Source of the DNA: Eledone cirrhosa
Lineage: Eukaryota
Assembly: GCA_964016885.1 (NCBI GenBank)
Contig: OZ024745.1
Coordinates: 111,848,001-111,912,000 of the forward strand
Length of the DNA stretch: 64,000 nt
Direction of reading: 5' to 3'
Shown: piece by piece, positions 15,190-28,919 of the stretch
Layout of the letters: the number at the start of each line of letters is the position of its first letter
How positions within the stretch are numbered: position 1 is the first letter of the stretch
Notes under the pieces: model-generated
Database searches by the model: none
Seen by the model: the letters and a program-made list of their open reading frames with translations, nothing else
Told to the model about the DNA's origin: nothing
Made by a program: the position numbers and the translations under genes

Positions 15190-15500
15190 TTGAGTAGAAG
15201 TTATGCATTTTGCACTCACTGAATGAGTTACATGAATTTTTGCATATGTACAGATATGCTTTCTTTGAACTACTCAAACTGCATCAAATTGCTGTAACAC
15301 TGCCTGTAAGCTGTGCAAGCTGTGAATGTAGATTTCCAAACTTGCAGGCGATCAAGACTTAACTGAACAATTGCATGAAAGAAACAGACTAGATAATTTA
15401 GGTACAATTGCCATGAATAGACATGCTGAAAATTTGAATCTTAAAGACATTGTCCTTTGTTTCATGGCAAAATATTACGTGCAACTAGATGCTGCATTTT
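15190..15500 (+). pseudogene. hAT transposase C-terminal dimerisation-domain remnant
   Basis: AFFELLKLHQIAVTLPVSCASCECRFPNLQAIKT*LNNCM...RLDNLGTIAMN. Confidence 0.8.
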
Positions 15501-16679
15501 TATATATTCTCTTCATTTACTGTACCTTTACAATTACATAGAGAAGAAATTTTGAATTTGATTTTTTAAATATAAAAAATCTCATGTTGTTACTTATCTA
15601 AGCCCTCCTCCTTGGTCCTCAATTTTTTGCTGCTACACAATATTGGTGGTAGCAGGAGCATTATTTAAAATGGGTACAATTAATTGAAAACATACAATGA
15701 CAAGTATAGAATGAACATGGATAAGGTAATAAATCAGTTGGGAATCAGCAATACTAAGTACTGTGTATAAAAAAGAATTTTAACATGGTAGGGATATGTA
15801 AGAAGAATGCTAGAATAAAACTGGGTCAACAAATGCTGGTATCAGTTGAAAAGAATCATTACAGAGAAAGAAATCTGAAACAATGTAAAAAAAAAAAAAA
15901 CTTGATACTTTAATGACAGAGAATAGGTGGATAGAAACTGTCATACAGACCAGCCTAATCCATACAAGTTTAATCCATATAAGCATGAAAAAGCTAATGT
16001 AATAAGTCAAATAATAATCTTGTAGAAATCGCTCATTTTCTTTTCATGTTTATACTTTTTTCTATTTTATTACAATAGCATTTAATTTTGTTTCTCATTC
16101 AATGATATTATCCCATATCTTGCTCTCACTTCTTGGTTCTTTAAATTAAATCCATGCGTTAATTCTTTAAGTGGTTGGCTCTTTAAGATGTACAGTATAT
16201 ACAATATCAAGAATAATAGAAATCCCTAACTAAATCATTGTCCCGGAAGAATATATGACAAAAAAAAAAAGTTTTTAATTCAAAAGAGCAGGCCAAAATT
16301 CTTTTCATGCCACAGCAATTTGTATTGGAATAAATGAAATATTCAGTTGCAAATTATATAGTTGGGACCACATTTAAGCAATGAGAGACTATCATAATAT
16401 TCTTTAGAATATATAAAGTGAGTTACAGCTGTCATCTAACATTCAACACCTTTCATTTCAGATAACATTAATCTGTCTCAATGTAAAAAAAAAAAAAATC
16501 TAAAGGAATATTGAAAGCTTTTGGGTGTAGGCATATAACTATAGATTTTAGTAATCTTACTGTTAGATAACAATGAACTAGTGTTATCATCATCATCATC
16601 ATGGGAAGTGGCTTTGTTTGACATAAAGGATATGAAAGAGAACCAGCACGCATGTACACATACACTGAGCAAGAAATAT

Positions 16680-17700
16680 CATTCTCTTTTTATGGTCATT
16701 TTCCCATTCTTGCATGGTTCTTTTCCAACACAACTTACCTTCACCAAGCCATTGTTATCTCCTCTGTGAGGTTCAGTGTTTTAAGATCTGCTCTCACCAC
16801 TTTTGCCCAGGTCTCTTTTTGGTTTTTCTCTATTGCAGCTTCCTTTTATTGGGAACACCTGACACTTTTTCACCCAACAGTCATCATTCATGTGTATCAT
16901 ATGTCATTACTAGCACAGTATTCTCTCTTGTACACTACATTTGATTCCTCTTACACTCAGTTTTTCTCTCAGTCCATCCATGCTTCACTGTTCATACTGT
17001 CCGTACATATTAACATCATGCATCCATTGAAGCATACTTGCTTCATTTCTCTTTGGCTTGTGCATATGGCTTAGTGGTTAGAGCATTGGCCTTGCAATCG
17101 AAAGATAGTGAGTTCAATTCTCATCCCGGGTGATGTGTTGTTTCCTTGAGCAAGACACTTTATTTCACATTGCTCCAGTTTACTCAGCTGTAGAAATGAG
17201 ATGATAGGGACTGGAGTCCAAATCATTCCACTGCAAAGTGGTCGTGGAGGTGCCACGGAAAAAAAGCACCCAGCACTCACTGTAAATGAGGTTGGTGTTA
17301 GGAAGGGCATCCAGCTGTAGAAATCAAGCCAGAATCAGTTCCCGTCCCACCCTTGCAAGCAGGGAAAAGCGGACGTAAAATGATGATGATGATGATGATA
17401 TCCTCTGCATTTATTGCCCATGTTTCACTTTCATGCACATTACACTTTGCACACAGGCACCATACAGCTGACCTTTCATTCATTGAGAGAAACCATTTGT
17501 TGTCAACAGAGTTCTGAATTTTTTTCATCCTGTTACTTTAGCTATTTTACTTTCAGAGCAACCTCCTCCATAACTAATTAGGTCACCTAGATAACAGAAG
17601 CTATCAACTACTTCTATGGCACTTTCCTTTAAATTGGAAAAGGTTTATTATACTAGAGCTCTTACTACTAAATACCCCTGTGCCTCTCCCACATACAAAG
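16680..17700 (-). mobile_element. decayed RTE LINE 3' region interrupted by SINE B
   Basis: Minus-strand CNVHESETWAINAED and downstream region homologous to 57125-57570. Confidence 0.7.
17062..17399 (+). mobile_element. full-length SINE family B
   Basis: Near-identical to 11931-12267. Confidence 0.9.
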
Positions 17701-18033
17701 TGTACCTTTTCTGTTAGTCGGCCTACAATCCCACTACATCTCTTGTATATCCACATTTTATACAAATTTAGCTGAATACATGTTTTTCTATGCTGGCATC
17801 ATTTGGATAGGACTCTTTCAGGCAATGTTGTATGATTGGATAACCTTCCTTATGCATACCATTTTAGTCATCTGTTATGATATGCAGGGATATGCTATTA
17901 TAGCTTTTGTTAAGCTATATACAAAATCACAACAAACGGTGATTTGTTGAAATGTTGTTTATTGTATGACAAACATTTACAAAAGAAATAAGAAGAAGTG
18001 ATTTACCCCTAAAGTCCAGGTCTTATTACTCAC

Positions 18034-18154
18034 CTCACCGGAAGTACCTTTACTGCTGATCAGTTCAATAACCAGTCTGTAGTAAAGTCCCTTCCACCAA
18101 CAGTTCATCTTTACGAGTTCGCAGTAATACACTACACTATACCTATTACCAAAA
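18034..18154 (-). CDS. candidate internal exon of a small spliced ORF
   Basis: Pyrimidine-rich acceptor (...tatctattccag), GAG|GTGAGT donor, one open frame; non-repetitive sequence. Confidence 0.3.
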
Positions 18155-18459
18155 CTGGAATAGATATGGTAAAGGAATAAGTAATTGTGTATAGGAAATA
18201 GGAAATACTGTATAACAAATGTATGATCAAGATGAAATATTTACAAAAATACCATTTTGTAATTCTACATAATGTTTTCAACAAGTAGAAATAGTTTTAA
18301 AAATACTAATCTGAATGAAAAATCAGCAAAAATATTTTAAGATTTGACAAACAGAAAAAAATAACTTTAAAAAGACTGTTCTTTATCATTTTTCATGGTG
18401 TTAAAGAATAGTGTAGAATGTCTAATAGTCTTTGGGTGCCTTTAGAATAGTTTACTCAC

Positions 18460-18575
18460 TCTTGTAAGCATTCTGACCACATTTTTTTCCTGCAGACATT
18501 GAATCTGCAGATGTTTAAGCTGGGTATCATGTACAAAAACATGATATGCAAAAAGACTGACACTATTTCTTTCAT
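18460..18575 (-). CDS. candidate first coding exon (hydrophobic N-terminus MKEIVSVFLHIMFLYMIPSLNIC)
   Basis: AGA|GTGAGT donor; phase 2 joins the open frame of 18034-18154. Confidence 0.25.
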
Positions 18576-18929
18576 AGATCTTATTCTGTTCCTGGTGTAG
18601 TATTACATTTCTATCAAATACACTGAACTCTTGTTGATGCAGCTTAACTGGCATGTACATCTCTATGACTGGTCACTGATTTGTTGACTTGCTGGGTAGA
18701 TTTCAAATACTATCCTGATTATAACTTAGAAAGTAAGATACTATTTAGAAGACACTTATTTATCAATGCCTCTGATATGGAGAAGAAAGTAAATTATTTT
18801 ATGTATCATACTTGTATGTTAGCAAAGGCAACATCACAAGGACTGGTCTTTCTTTTCCAGTCTTAAAATACTTTAGCCCTCTACAAAATGTGTGTGAGGC
18901 TCACAAGGAGTATTGCATTCACATTTAGG

Positions 18930-19370
18930 ATATTGTTACTGTTACACATATACAGACACCCTAGACCACATTTAATAAATGGCAACCCACCTGATTAGTA
19001 TAAAGTTGCTCATCAACATACTCCAACCTTTCACCCTCAGGTATGCTGTCTTTCTTCTGCATTTTCTGCCACTACTACAGTGCCCTCTGCTTCTTAGAGA
19101 TGGCTGGTCTTGCGTGACCTTCACTTAAGCATTCCTGGCTCACTTAGCTCTCCTTTCTTATCACCATATTGTGTCCACCACCACTTCAAGCTCCACACTA
19201 ATTTCCATGCTTAGTCATTTCCAGAGTGTCTGGAATTCCTTCCCTGGAGCACGTTCTTCCTGTAGCTATCAACTTACAATTGTTTAAGAGGATCTCAATA
19301 TTCTGGCGTGTGCAGGACTAATGATGGCTATAGATACATCTTCTTTCAGACCAAACCAATAAAAAAGAGA
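18930..19370 (+). mobile_element. decayed CR1/Jockey-like LINE 3' end
   Basis: LQPFT..., WNSFP...VLPVAINLQLFKR motifs typical of the ORF2 C-terminus. Confidence 0.5.
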
Positions 19371-19796
19371 AAGAAAACTAAACATATTTTGATTCATGAT
19401 TGAAAGCAAATATAAATTTGATAATGCAAGTTAAAGATTTGTTTGTCTGGTCCCTTTGATCTTGATAAACATTTATATTAATAGTAGAATTTACTTATTT
19501 GGTAAAGGAAGAAATATAAAAATATTGAGTCATAAATGGTGAATATTGGGCAAATTTTGCTTCAAATATTTTTCAGTCTGAAATTAATTACTCCATTCAC
19601 TTAACAAGAACCCCCCCCCCCCCCCCCACAAAAAAGCGAAAAAAACGCACAAAAAACAAACAAACAAACAACCAAAAAAAAACAAACAGACAAAGTAGCA
19701 GTGAAGCAGAAACTTTAGTGTGAGGGTGGAAAATGGGTATCAAAGATACCCATTTTCTAGCCAAATTTTGTCACTGCTCTTTGGCTGATAAAAATA

Positions 19797-20060
19797 TAAT
19801 TGTTTCTACTTTAGGCACAAGGCCAGCAATTATCCAGTACATTACTGGTACTTTATTTTATCGACCCCGTAAGGATGAAAGGTAAAGTTAACCTCGGCGG
19901 GATTTGAACTCAGACTGTAAAGGGACGTAACTATGCTAGAAAAGCATGATAAAAATATAATTGTTTCTACTTTAGGCACAAGGCCAGCAATTACCCAGTG
20001 CATTACTGGTACTTTATTTTATCGACCCCGTAAGGATGAAAGGCAAAGTCAACCTCGGCG
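19797..20060 (-). mobile_element. two tandem truncated SINE A copies
   Basis: Reverse complement of family A at 19797-19946 and 19958-20060; duplicated tgataaaaatataatt. Confidence 0.9.
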
Positions 20061-20184
20061 ATGAGTCTTTCAAACCAACAGCAGTCAAATAGGATTTTCA
20101 TTGATATGAATAAAGATTTATTCAACAAACACCTATATTTTCTGCTTATATATAACTATATAGTTATATATATATGTATATATA

Positions 20185-20231
<47 letters not shown>

Positions 20232-20271
20232 CAGAATATTATAAATGAAGACATTCACATAATCAAAATAT

Positions 20272-20340
20272 ATGTTTTATTATATATATTTCGAAGGTAC
20301 TGTGCTGTTTTTTCAGTACGTCCTCGTCAGATAAAATACA
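20272..20340 (-). ncRNA. type I hammerhead ribozyme (left arm copy)
   Basis: Reverse complement of the 20446-20514 motif. Confidence 0.75.
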
Positions 20341-20445
20341 TGAATTGATGTATGACATACCTCAATGGTCTTGATGGTTCAATTCCAGTATTGGCAGTTG
20401 GAATTGAACCATCAAGACCGTTGAGGTATGTCATACATCAATTCA

Positions 20446-20514
20446 TGTATTTTATCTGACGAGGACGTACTGAAAAAATAGCACAGTACCTTCGAAATAT
20501 ATATAATAAAACAT
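20446..20514 (+). ncRNA. type I hammerhead ribozyme (right arm copy)
   Basis: ttttat-CTGACGA-ggac gtactg aaaaaatagca cagtac cttc-GAAA-tatata-TA-ataaaa. Confidence 0.75.
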
Positions 20515-20819
20515 ATTTTGATTATGTGAATGTCTTCATTTATTAATATTCTGAATAATATTAATAACTCCAGAAAACACTCTGTAGAGTGCTTTTAATC
20601 TATTGTAAAACTATATTCATTGAGTAATCAATGAACCATATTAATCTTTGGTATATATATATATATATATAGTCCTTATAGCTGAATTCGTGGGAGAGTC
20701 AAAGACAAAATTCCATCCATGAAATAAAAAAACAACCTAGAATGAAAAGGCCTAAAAGTAAGAAGGAAGACAGGAAGCTACGCCATCAAGGAAGTAGCCT
20801 TGCTCGATGTGTTGAAAAG

Positions 20820-21300
20820 GAGTGGGCAGAAACTTCATAAGCTGTACACAGTATAATATATGGATGCAGGAACACACACAAGATGTATTGGGATTGCAGG
20901 CAGTTTAATAGTGAAGATAGACTTTATATATAGCAGATTCACAGAAGTAAGCACTAAGAGCGCATGTGAAATTGATTCCCTCAGCTGCAAGGGAGGCTCC
21001 CTAGAAGTTGTTGAAAGCTTTTGTTAACTAGGGGGTCTAATCAGTATTGGTGGAGTATGCTTTCAGTATGATGCCAGGGTAAGAACAGAGTGGAAGAAGT
21101 TTAGGGAGTTGATACCTCTGCTGACAACAATGGGTTTTCTCTGAGTGAAGTGTAGACTGAAGGATGCCTGCATGAGAACTGCAATGCTTCATGTCAGTGA
21201 GGCATGGGCCTTGACTGTAGAAGACCTGAAAAGGCTAATCAGAAATTAAGTGAATATGCTCCAATGTATGTATAATGTTAGTGTGCATGAACAATGTAGC
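20820..21300 (+). mobile_element. decayed RTE LINE ORF fragment
   Basis: LEVVESFC*LG...WKKFRELIPLLTT...AMLHVSEAWALTVEDLKRL. Confidence 0.8.
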
Positions 21301-21692
21301 ATCAGCTACATTGTTCTCACTTGGGGATCCAGCTGGATCATTTGGAGAAAGTTGCTTTTGATGGAGCCTCTGGAAGGCCTGTCTGAAAACTCTGCCCTCA
21401 CGATCCTCCAAAGAAGAAGAAGGCAGAAGAAGAATTATAATTTTTATTATTATTGTGTTTTTCCTCTTCCTTCAATTTTGTTTCTATTTCTTGCCAAGCG
21501 TCTTCTTGACACCAAGGATATGGTAAGCCACAAAATAAACACACGAGATTCTTCATGTCATGCGCACATTATCTGTTTAAAATCATATTTACTACAGAAT
21601 GTTATTCAATCATATAAGAGTGTTAAAATATTTATAACTTACATAATTATGGAATATAATCTAATAAAGTTAAGTATAATAATGATTTCTAG

Positions 21693-22095
21693 TATAGGCA
21701 ATAACCAATAATTTGAGGAAGGGGAAAGTCGATTAAATCGACTCCAGTCTGTTACTGGTGTTTTATTTTATTAACTCCGTAAGGATGAAAGGCAAAGTTA
21801 ACCTCAGTGGGATTTGAACTCAGATCGTAAAGGGCCGTAACTCTATGCTGCAAGGCATGGTCTCTGACTCTCTACTGCCAATCCACTGCCCTTAAGTATA
21901 ATAATAATAATTATAATTATTATCATTTTTATTGTTATTATTGTTATCATCTATTACTAATACATGCCAAGGTTAGCTGAGCCTTTCATCCTTATAGGGT
22001 CAATAAAATAAAGTACCAGTAATGCATTTTGCTTGATTTAATCAACTTGCTTTTCCCCCAAAATTGTTGGCCTTGTGCCTAAATCAGAAATTATT
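21693..22095. mobile_element. two older SINE A-related copies (minus 21693-21892, plus ~21965-22095)
   Basis: Shared B-box and central motifs. Confidence 0.75.
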
Positions 22096-25000
22096 ATTAT
22101 TAGTAGTAGTGTGAATAAAGAACCAAATTACAGACTTGGCTCACCGACAACTATGATTTTAGAGAACTCTCTACTGTTTTTTTCATTAGTGGAATATTGA
22201 TAATTCTTATTTTAATGAATAAATTCACTGAAACCAAGCGTAAATTATATACTCAATCTTAGCCAACAGAGAGGAAATTAATTAAATATATCAGTAGTTC
22301 TTTACATGGAATAATAACAAACAAATAGTTGATAACCTTGTTAAAGATTTTAATAATTTGTTTTACCATTATAATTTTTTTTTTCTAAATTTGGATTCTG
22401 TTTTCATTATGGGTTTTTCATGCTTTTTGTTTTTTTTTCTTTTCTACTAGAAAAGTGGTAGTGAGATTAGAGAGAAATAATTAGGTAAAATACAATAATG
22501 CATTGAAAATTTATAAGCACCAAGCTTGTATTCTTCATATTTTATTCCTCTGAGATTGTGAATCTAAGACCACATCTAAACTATAATAAAGGAAGGTCTG
22601 CAGGACTGCGTACGGTTTATTTTTTTTTTATCCCGTTAGTAAAATAAGTTGGATTACTTTGAATAAATAATGAATGAATATTACATAATTTATCTACTAA
22701 ATTTCGTAAAGAAAAATAATTTCGTAAAAATAAATAATTTAAAATTGACTTCTTTTCAAAGTTGCACTTATGGTATATCGTTGTCACCACCACCACTTCA
22801 ACTACCATATATATAGAAAGAGAGAGTGTGTGATGTCAACACTTCCAGTGGCGATCACTTAAATAAACATACTAATTTTCTGTCACTAATTTTCTCCTAA
22901 TGCAGTTTATATATATAATATCGTCTTTTTTTTAATGTATCATGGATTACGTTACTGATTACATAAGACAGTGTAACAACGTCTTCGTTCAATTTCTGTT
23001 TATATTGTCAATTATGGTTTTATTTGATGTATCATATCTACATGTATATATACTTGCGTATAATATCAATATACACACTACACATGTTAGCAGAAAACCA
23101 CCCGAAAGGTGGTTTTTCTGCTAATAACAATAATGGTTTCCGATTTACGCACAAGGAAAACAATTTGGAGGGAAGAGAAAGTCTATCAAATCGACCTCAG
23201 TGCATTACTGGTGCTTTATTTTATCAACTATGTAAAGATGAAAAGCAAAGTTAACAACGGCAGGATTGAACTCAGAATGTATAAAGTCTGAACAAATACA
23301 GCAAGGCATTTTGTTTGAAAATTTAATGATTCTACCAAACCACCACCCTCAGGATTTTTAATTTAAGCACAAGGCCAGCAAATTTGGGGGAAGCGTAAAT
23401 CCGACTCTCTACCAATAACAACAATGTTAATAATAAATAAAGCTCCCCTATTTTTTTGAAAGATGACTGGTGTGATTTGGCTACTATTTCTATCAGGTTG
23501 TCGAGTGATTCTTTGTAAACTTCTTTGTTGGCTTGTGCCAATAATCTTTGATTTAGTAAGTAGTGCTGAATTTAGGTATAAGGTAAACAAATTACAATTT
23601 AAGGCTTCACAATCCACAGGAACCTCAGTAGCCTGATGACATCTGTTTCCTCTATACCAGTAATTGGAGCAGTTTGGTTGTTGTTTTACTGGAAAGGCTG
23701 GAGTTTGATTTAGAACGTTCAAAATTTATTTGTCTTGTGTAGTATGTATATGGTGGGTGGGGTTGACTAGGATTATGGTTTGCGTTTGCTTGATAGCATG
23801 GATAGCATGAGTTTGGTTTAGGTTTGTTTAGGTTCTAGTGAAAGCAAACAACAATCTTAGTTTTATATATATATTTTTTGTGAGATCTGTTGTAGTTTAA
23901 CAAGAGGTTTCTAAATTTTATATTGCTTATAATGGATGGGCTATGCTTTAGTCTGCTGGACTGGGTTGGGGGTATATTTTACTTTTTATGTAGTACTGTC
24001 ATTGGTGTTTAAACCCAGATTGTCCCTGGTCAAATAGATTTTGTAGAAGGCATTTTGGTCATGACCATATCATCTTTTATTCTGATAATTTATCCCTGAT
24101 TATGCTGTCGAATGTGTCCTTTTTAAAAAAAAAAAAGATGTTAGGATATGGTTTGAGGGAGATTAGGATGTTATTTCTAGCAAGTCAAGAGACTAGAGAA
24201 GGCTTCTTCATTGGCTTGTTTTATGGAGTGAGAAGGCGTGCTGCTGAGTCAATCAACTTTGCTGCAGAATCAGAAAAGTTTGGTTCTGCAGCAACCCAGC
24301 AAAATGTACTGCAGCACCAAATCTACCTGAATAAGCAGAACTATCATCAATGACATTCAAGCTGTGACCATATTTCTATTGTTTTCAGGCACTAAGATTT
24401 TTTTCAACACACTGATGCGTATGTGTGTGCTTGTGTGTATGTGCATATGCATACATTTATCATCATTGTTTAATGTCTATCTTCCACGCTAGCATCGGTT
24501 GCATGGGTTTGTCCCATTTATATGTATTATTATATAAATATAAACGTGCAAACACAGATACACAAAAATACACATTCACAGACATACATTCACACAAACA
24601 CACACACACACACACACACACTCACACACAGCGTAGCAAATGGAACGCCAGCCAGTTTTGTTATAGTTTTTTTCATTATCCTCTTCCTTTTACACACGCA
24701 AACACATACAGATTGTGTGATGGATGGATGGACGGACGGACGGAAGTCGCACAAATTTATATATCGTGTATCTGGGTCCACATTAGAGAAATTCAGCTAT
24801 TATTTTGAGCAGTTTCAACATCTATATAGAAGCTCCCTCATTGATTTATCTAACTAAATGTTTCAATCTTGAGAAAAGAATACATTTTGTACATATAATC
24901 ATTATTATTTGTTTTGTTTTAGTATTTTACTGGCTTCAGTCATTTGATTGCAACGATGCTGGAGCACTACATACATGAGTTTTAGTTGATTATATCAACC

Positions 25001-26744
25001 CCAACATTTTGGTATTTATTTTGTTGTCTTTGGATGGAGCAAAGGCAATGTAAACTTAGGTGGGGGTTTGAACTCAAGACATAAAGCAACCAAATCAAAT
25101 AGAAGAAGGTGTTTTGCCTGATCTTCTACGGATTCTGCTATTCATCCAATATACATAAATACATCCAACAAGCTTCCACACACTTTCTGTCTACCAAGTT
25201 TCTCTTACATTTGGTCATCTCACGGCTATTGGTGAAGACATTTGGTCAAGTTGTCACAGTGTTGGTTCAAACCTGGTTGAGAATAAACTTCTTCATTACA
25301 TGGTTATTTATTTATATATTTCAATGTTTTTGTTTTACTGGTTTTAGTCATCAGATTGTAGTCATGATGGGGGTACCACATTGACAGGCTTTTAGTATCA
25401 TATCAACCCTAGTATTTTTTTTTTCTAGTCTGGACTTATTCCATCGACCTCTATTTGTCATGTCACTAAGTTACAGGCCATAACCAAACATAAACATGCA
25501 CTCACATACATACACTACAAGCTTCTGCACAGTTTCTGTCTACCAAATTTCAATCATAAAGCATTGGTTAACCCAAGGCTATATATAATAAAAGACACTC
25601 GTCCAAGGTGCCGCAGAGTGGGACTGAATCCAAGACCATGTGGTTGCGAAGAGAACTCTTTTATATATATATATATTTATTTATTTTTTATGACAACTAA
25701 TGTTTTTGAAAGTTGAATCATAGAAAGTTAACACCAGCTGATATGGTTGTTTTATGTTATTTGATATAGTCACAATAGAAATGGTGCCATTTTTCTATTG
25801 AAAGTGAATAGAAAACAATGCTTTTTTGTCTTTATTTCTCCCCTTTTGAAATTTGACAATAATAGTAGAAATCACATGGTAATGACTAGATCTTAATTAG
25901 TTTAGTTTGAATTAATTGCTTAGCATTTGGAGTGTTTTATTAAATGTTATTTCTATAATCAACAGTGATGTTTTTGAATAGTTCTGTATCATGTTGTGTG
26001 AGTTGAATGCAATAATGGGAAGAGGAACTAAAAAATAAACAAAAGGAAAAGAAGAAAAAAAAGATGTAATTTTGATGCAAGATGATGTGATTGTTATAAC
26101 CTATTCCAAGGCTGGTTGTTTGTTTTTAGACACCAATCTACAGCTCTCTAGTCTGATTATTATTCACTAAGCTGAACAGACCTTTTAACATAGCTTGTCC
26201 TTCTCTGGTTTACTAAAAAAAAACAAAAAACAAAGAGAACGTTTCAAGTCAAGCCATACTTTATCAAGCAGACTTATGATCAAACCCATTTCCGATATGG
26301 CTATCCCATTTTATTTTCGGACAATGTATTCAGAACTAAATTATCCAATGTGGCAGCGATGTATTTGTTTAGCAAGGTTTTTGATATGAAATTGTATGTT
26401 GAAACAGATATTGTTATATTTGGGGAGGGTCATGTTGTCCTAATATTGCCAGAAAAATATAGTAAAACACACTCATTGTTTGGTTTGGTTTTCACTTCAG
26501 TATATTTTTATATTTCTATAAATAATTTAGTTGGCAATCAATGTTTATCTCTAGTTGCCGTACCATGAGTTGGCTTTCCCTATCTTTTGTCTAAGTCCTA
26601 TCTATGCTATTCTATGATTTGCTCCAGTACAGCAGGCAAAATCCCTTTCATGTCCATCTCTATGAGGGTCTTGTATTTCGCCGTGTCATTTTTAGGATGG
26701 TAAAAGGAATTCGGCTGTGATTTCTAGCATGTTGAGGTGAACTT

Positions 26745-27989
26745 TGACCCTTTCATTACCATATTTCTAATGAAATACACTGTATTTGAATTAATAAAAA
26801 ATTTGGAGGGATTTACTAAAATCATTATTTCATTATTAGATGGCATTTGTAACAGACCTTAATAAAAGGTTCTTATATCAAATTTTGTTGAAGATTTTAA
26901 TTGAAATAGAAACTCTTTAAAACAGGGGCCTTTGTTTCATAGAACCAGAGGCAGTTTTGGGTAGGTTGGTATCAAAAACCCTAATGATTTTATCAGTAAT
27001 GCTGAAGTTCAATTGAGGGAAAATTGTAAACTGTTAGCATTTAACCATTAGAAGATAGTAGGTCAGATAAACAGTGCTGACATTTTTAACCCTTTTAATA
27101 GAAAACTACCTGAAACCACTGCTGATTTCATGATATAAAACAGTTTGTTTTAAAGCGTTTATATTTATCTAAAAATCTTCCATCATAATGTTATGTAAGA
27201 ATCTATGTTAAATTGTGCCTCAAACACCATCATAATAATGAGAAAGTTATTTTACTGAACCGCTTAAAATTCTTGATTTTGAAAATTATTTGAAAATTAT
27301 TGGCTGTGTTCTTCATTAGAAATATGGTAATAAAAGGATTAAATAGAAAGTATAAGACTGACAATTATCTGGAAAATAAGTAGAACACAGCTGCAATGAT
27401 AGAAGATTACATGAAGGAGGACTTCAACACATGTAGGGTAGTGGTAGCAGGTCTACTGTGCAAGCTGTCATGTATTGAGACTTAGTGTTTCTGATGGCTG
27501 GGACCAAACCAACCACAGGAACTTGTTAGTCAGCCAAATTGTCTGAGCCAGGCAGAGATATGTGTCTTGCTCAGACAATTTGGCTGACTAACAAGTTCCT
27601 GTTTTAGTTTATGATTAAGAGGTAGCGATATTGCTCCAACAATATCTAAACTTTCAAAAACTTCTTATTTAACTCTTTTGTTACCATATTTCTAGTGAAG
27701 CACTCAGCCAATAATTTTCAACTAATTTTCAAATTCAAGAATTTTAAGAGATTTAGTGAAATAACTCTCATTATTTTGTTGGTGTTTGAGGCACAATTTA
27801 ACAAAAGTTCTTACATAAGTTACTAAAATCATTTCAGTTATATTAAGATGGTATTTCTAACATGTCAAAAGTTTCATATATAAAAATGTGTTGGAAGATT
27901 TTAATTAAAATCAGAACCATTTAAAATTGGTAGCTTTGTTCTATAGAAGTAGAGGTAGTTTCGGGCAGGTTGGTTTTGAAAGGATTAAA
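26745..27989. mobile_element. cluster of three TTAA-flanked piggyBac-type MITEs (~26745-26985, 27086-27342, 27669-27989)
   Basis: Ends ttaacc/tcttt...aaaggattaa; shared ttaccatatttct motif; relatives at 33405-33644 and 60283-60541. Confidence 0.6.
27515..27602. other. perfect hairpin (34-bp arms), pre-miRNA-sized
   Basis: acaggaacttgttagtcagccaaattgtctgagc and its exact reverse complement; stem extends to an 8-nt loop. Confidence 0.85.
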
Positions 27990-28919
27990 CTTGTGGTCAG
28001 GATTCCAACACTTCAGCTTTACAGCCATTGTGTTTGAGATAACGATCTTTAATTAATTTTGAAAAAAAAAAAGCAAAAACAAAACAGAAAACTGTAAAAG
28101 GAACTCAACTGCAAAGTGAGTCTCTATTTTAAAACATCTTTGCTCAAAGGAATCATTCTATCTATGAGGTATCTTTAATTTTTTTGAGTACTTAGTAGCA
28201 TGATGATAATCTATCGAGTTTTTATATTTTGAGAAGCAATAGAACCATTATCTGCAATTTATAGATTAGTTTGAGAGAAGGGAAGTTACTAATTATTTAC
28301 TAATTTACTTTCAAGGACTGTTCCTTTCTTTTCTACAAAAATAATTAAGATGCAATGGAAAGAGGTACATTAACCATATTATCCAAATAAATAGCAATAA
28401 AATAGCTAAATTTGGAGGACGGGATTTCATTCAAGAATTGATTTAAATTGTTGATCCTTGTGGCAATTTCAATTATAATAGTAAATTTATTCCTTATTTT
28501 CTTGTAATCTTTTCTCATTAGATTTTAACCAGGAAACAAAGAAATGAAAACATCTTTATCAAGTAGTTAAAAAATATCTTTATCTCAAGAAAAATAAATA
28601 ATGGAAATAGAAATTCTACTTAATTGGATTCTCTTCAAGAAAAGCTCTAATTGAATTTCCTTAAAATCCATAAGAACAAAGATTGGGTTATATTATTAAA
28701 ATATTTGCCATCATATATTTATCTTTTATGATTTCATTTAAAATAGTTGTGTTTATTTTTTGTACTTGATTATGATTTTTAAGTTATCAGTATTATCAGT
28801 ATGAGTTTCCTAAATATGTAGGTTAGGTTCCAATCAGATCTGCAAATGAGTTAAAGTTTTTATTTATTCATTTATTTATTTTGTTTAATCTTTTGCATTG
28901 ATCTTTTGGTATATGTTCT

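Larger units (their letters stand above)
20225..20651. mobile_element. Penelope-like inverted-LTR (fold-back) island in (TA)n
   Basis: ~163-bp near-perfect inverted arms 20225-20387/20399-20560, 11-nt spacer, ~90-bp one-sided tail, (TA)n on both sides, one hammerhead per arm. Confidence 0.8.

Noticed and set aside
22590-23000. Promoter-like stretch with several CpGs
   Set aside because: No diagnostic motif set or linked exon can be supported from sequence alone.
24259-24294. Short hairpin ttgctgcagaa...ttctgcagcaa
   Set aside because: It is short and probably a decayed MITE remnant; a rho-independent terminator call is not meaningful in this genome.
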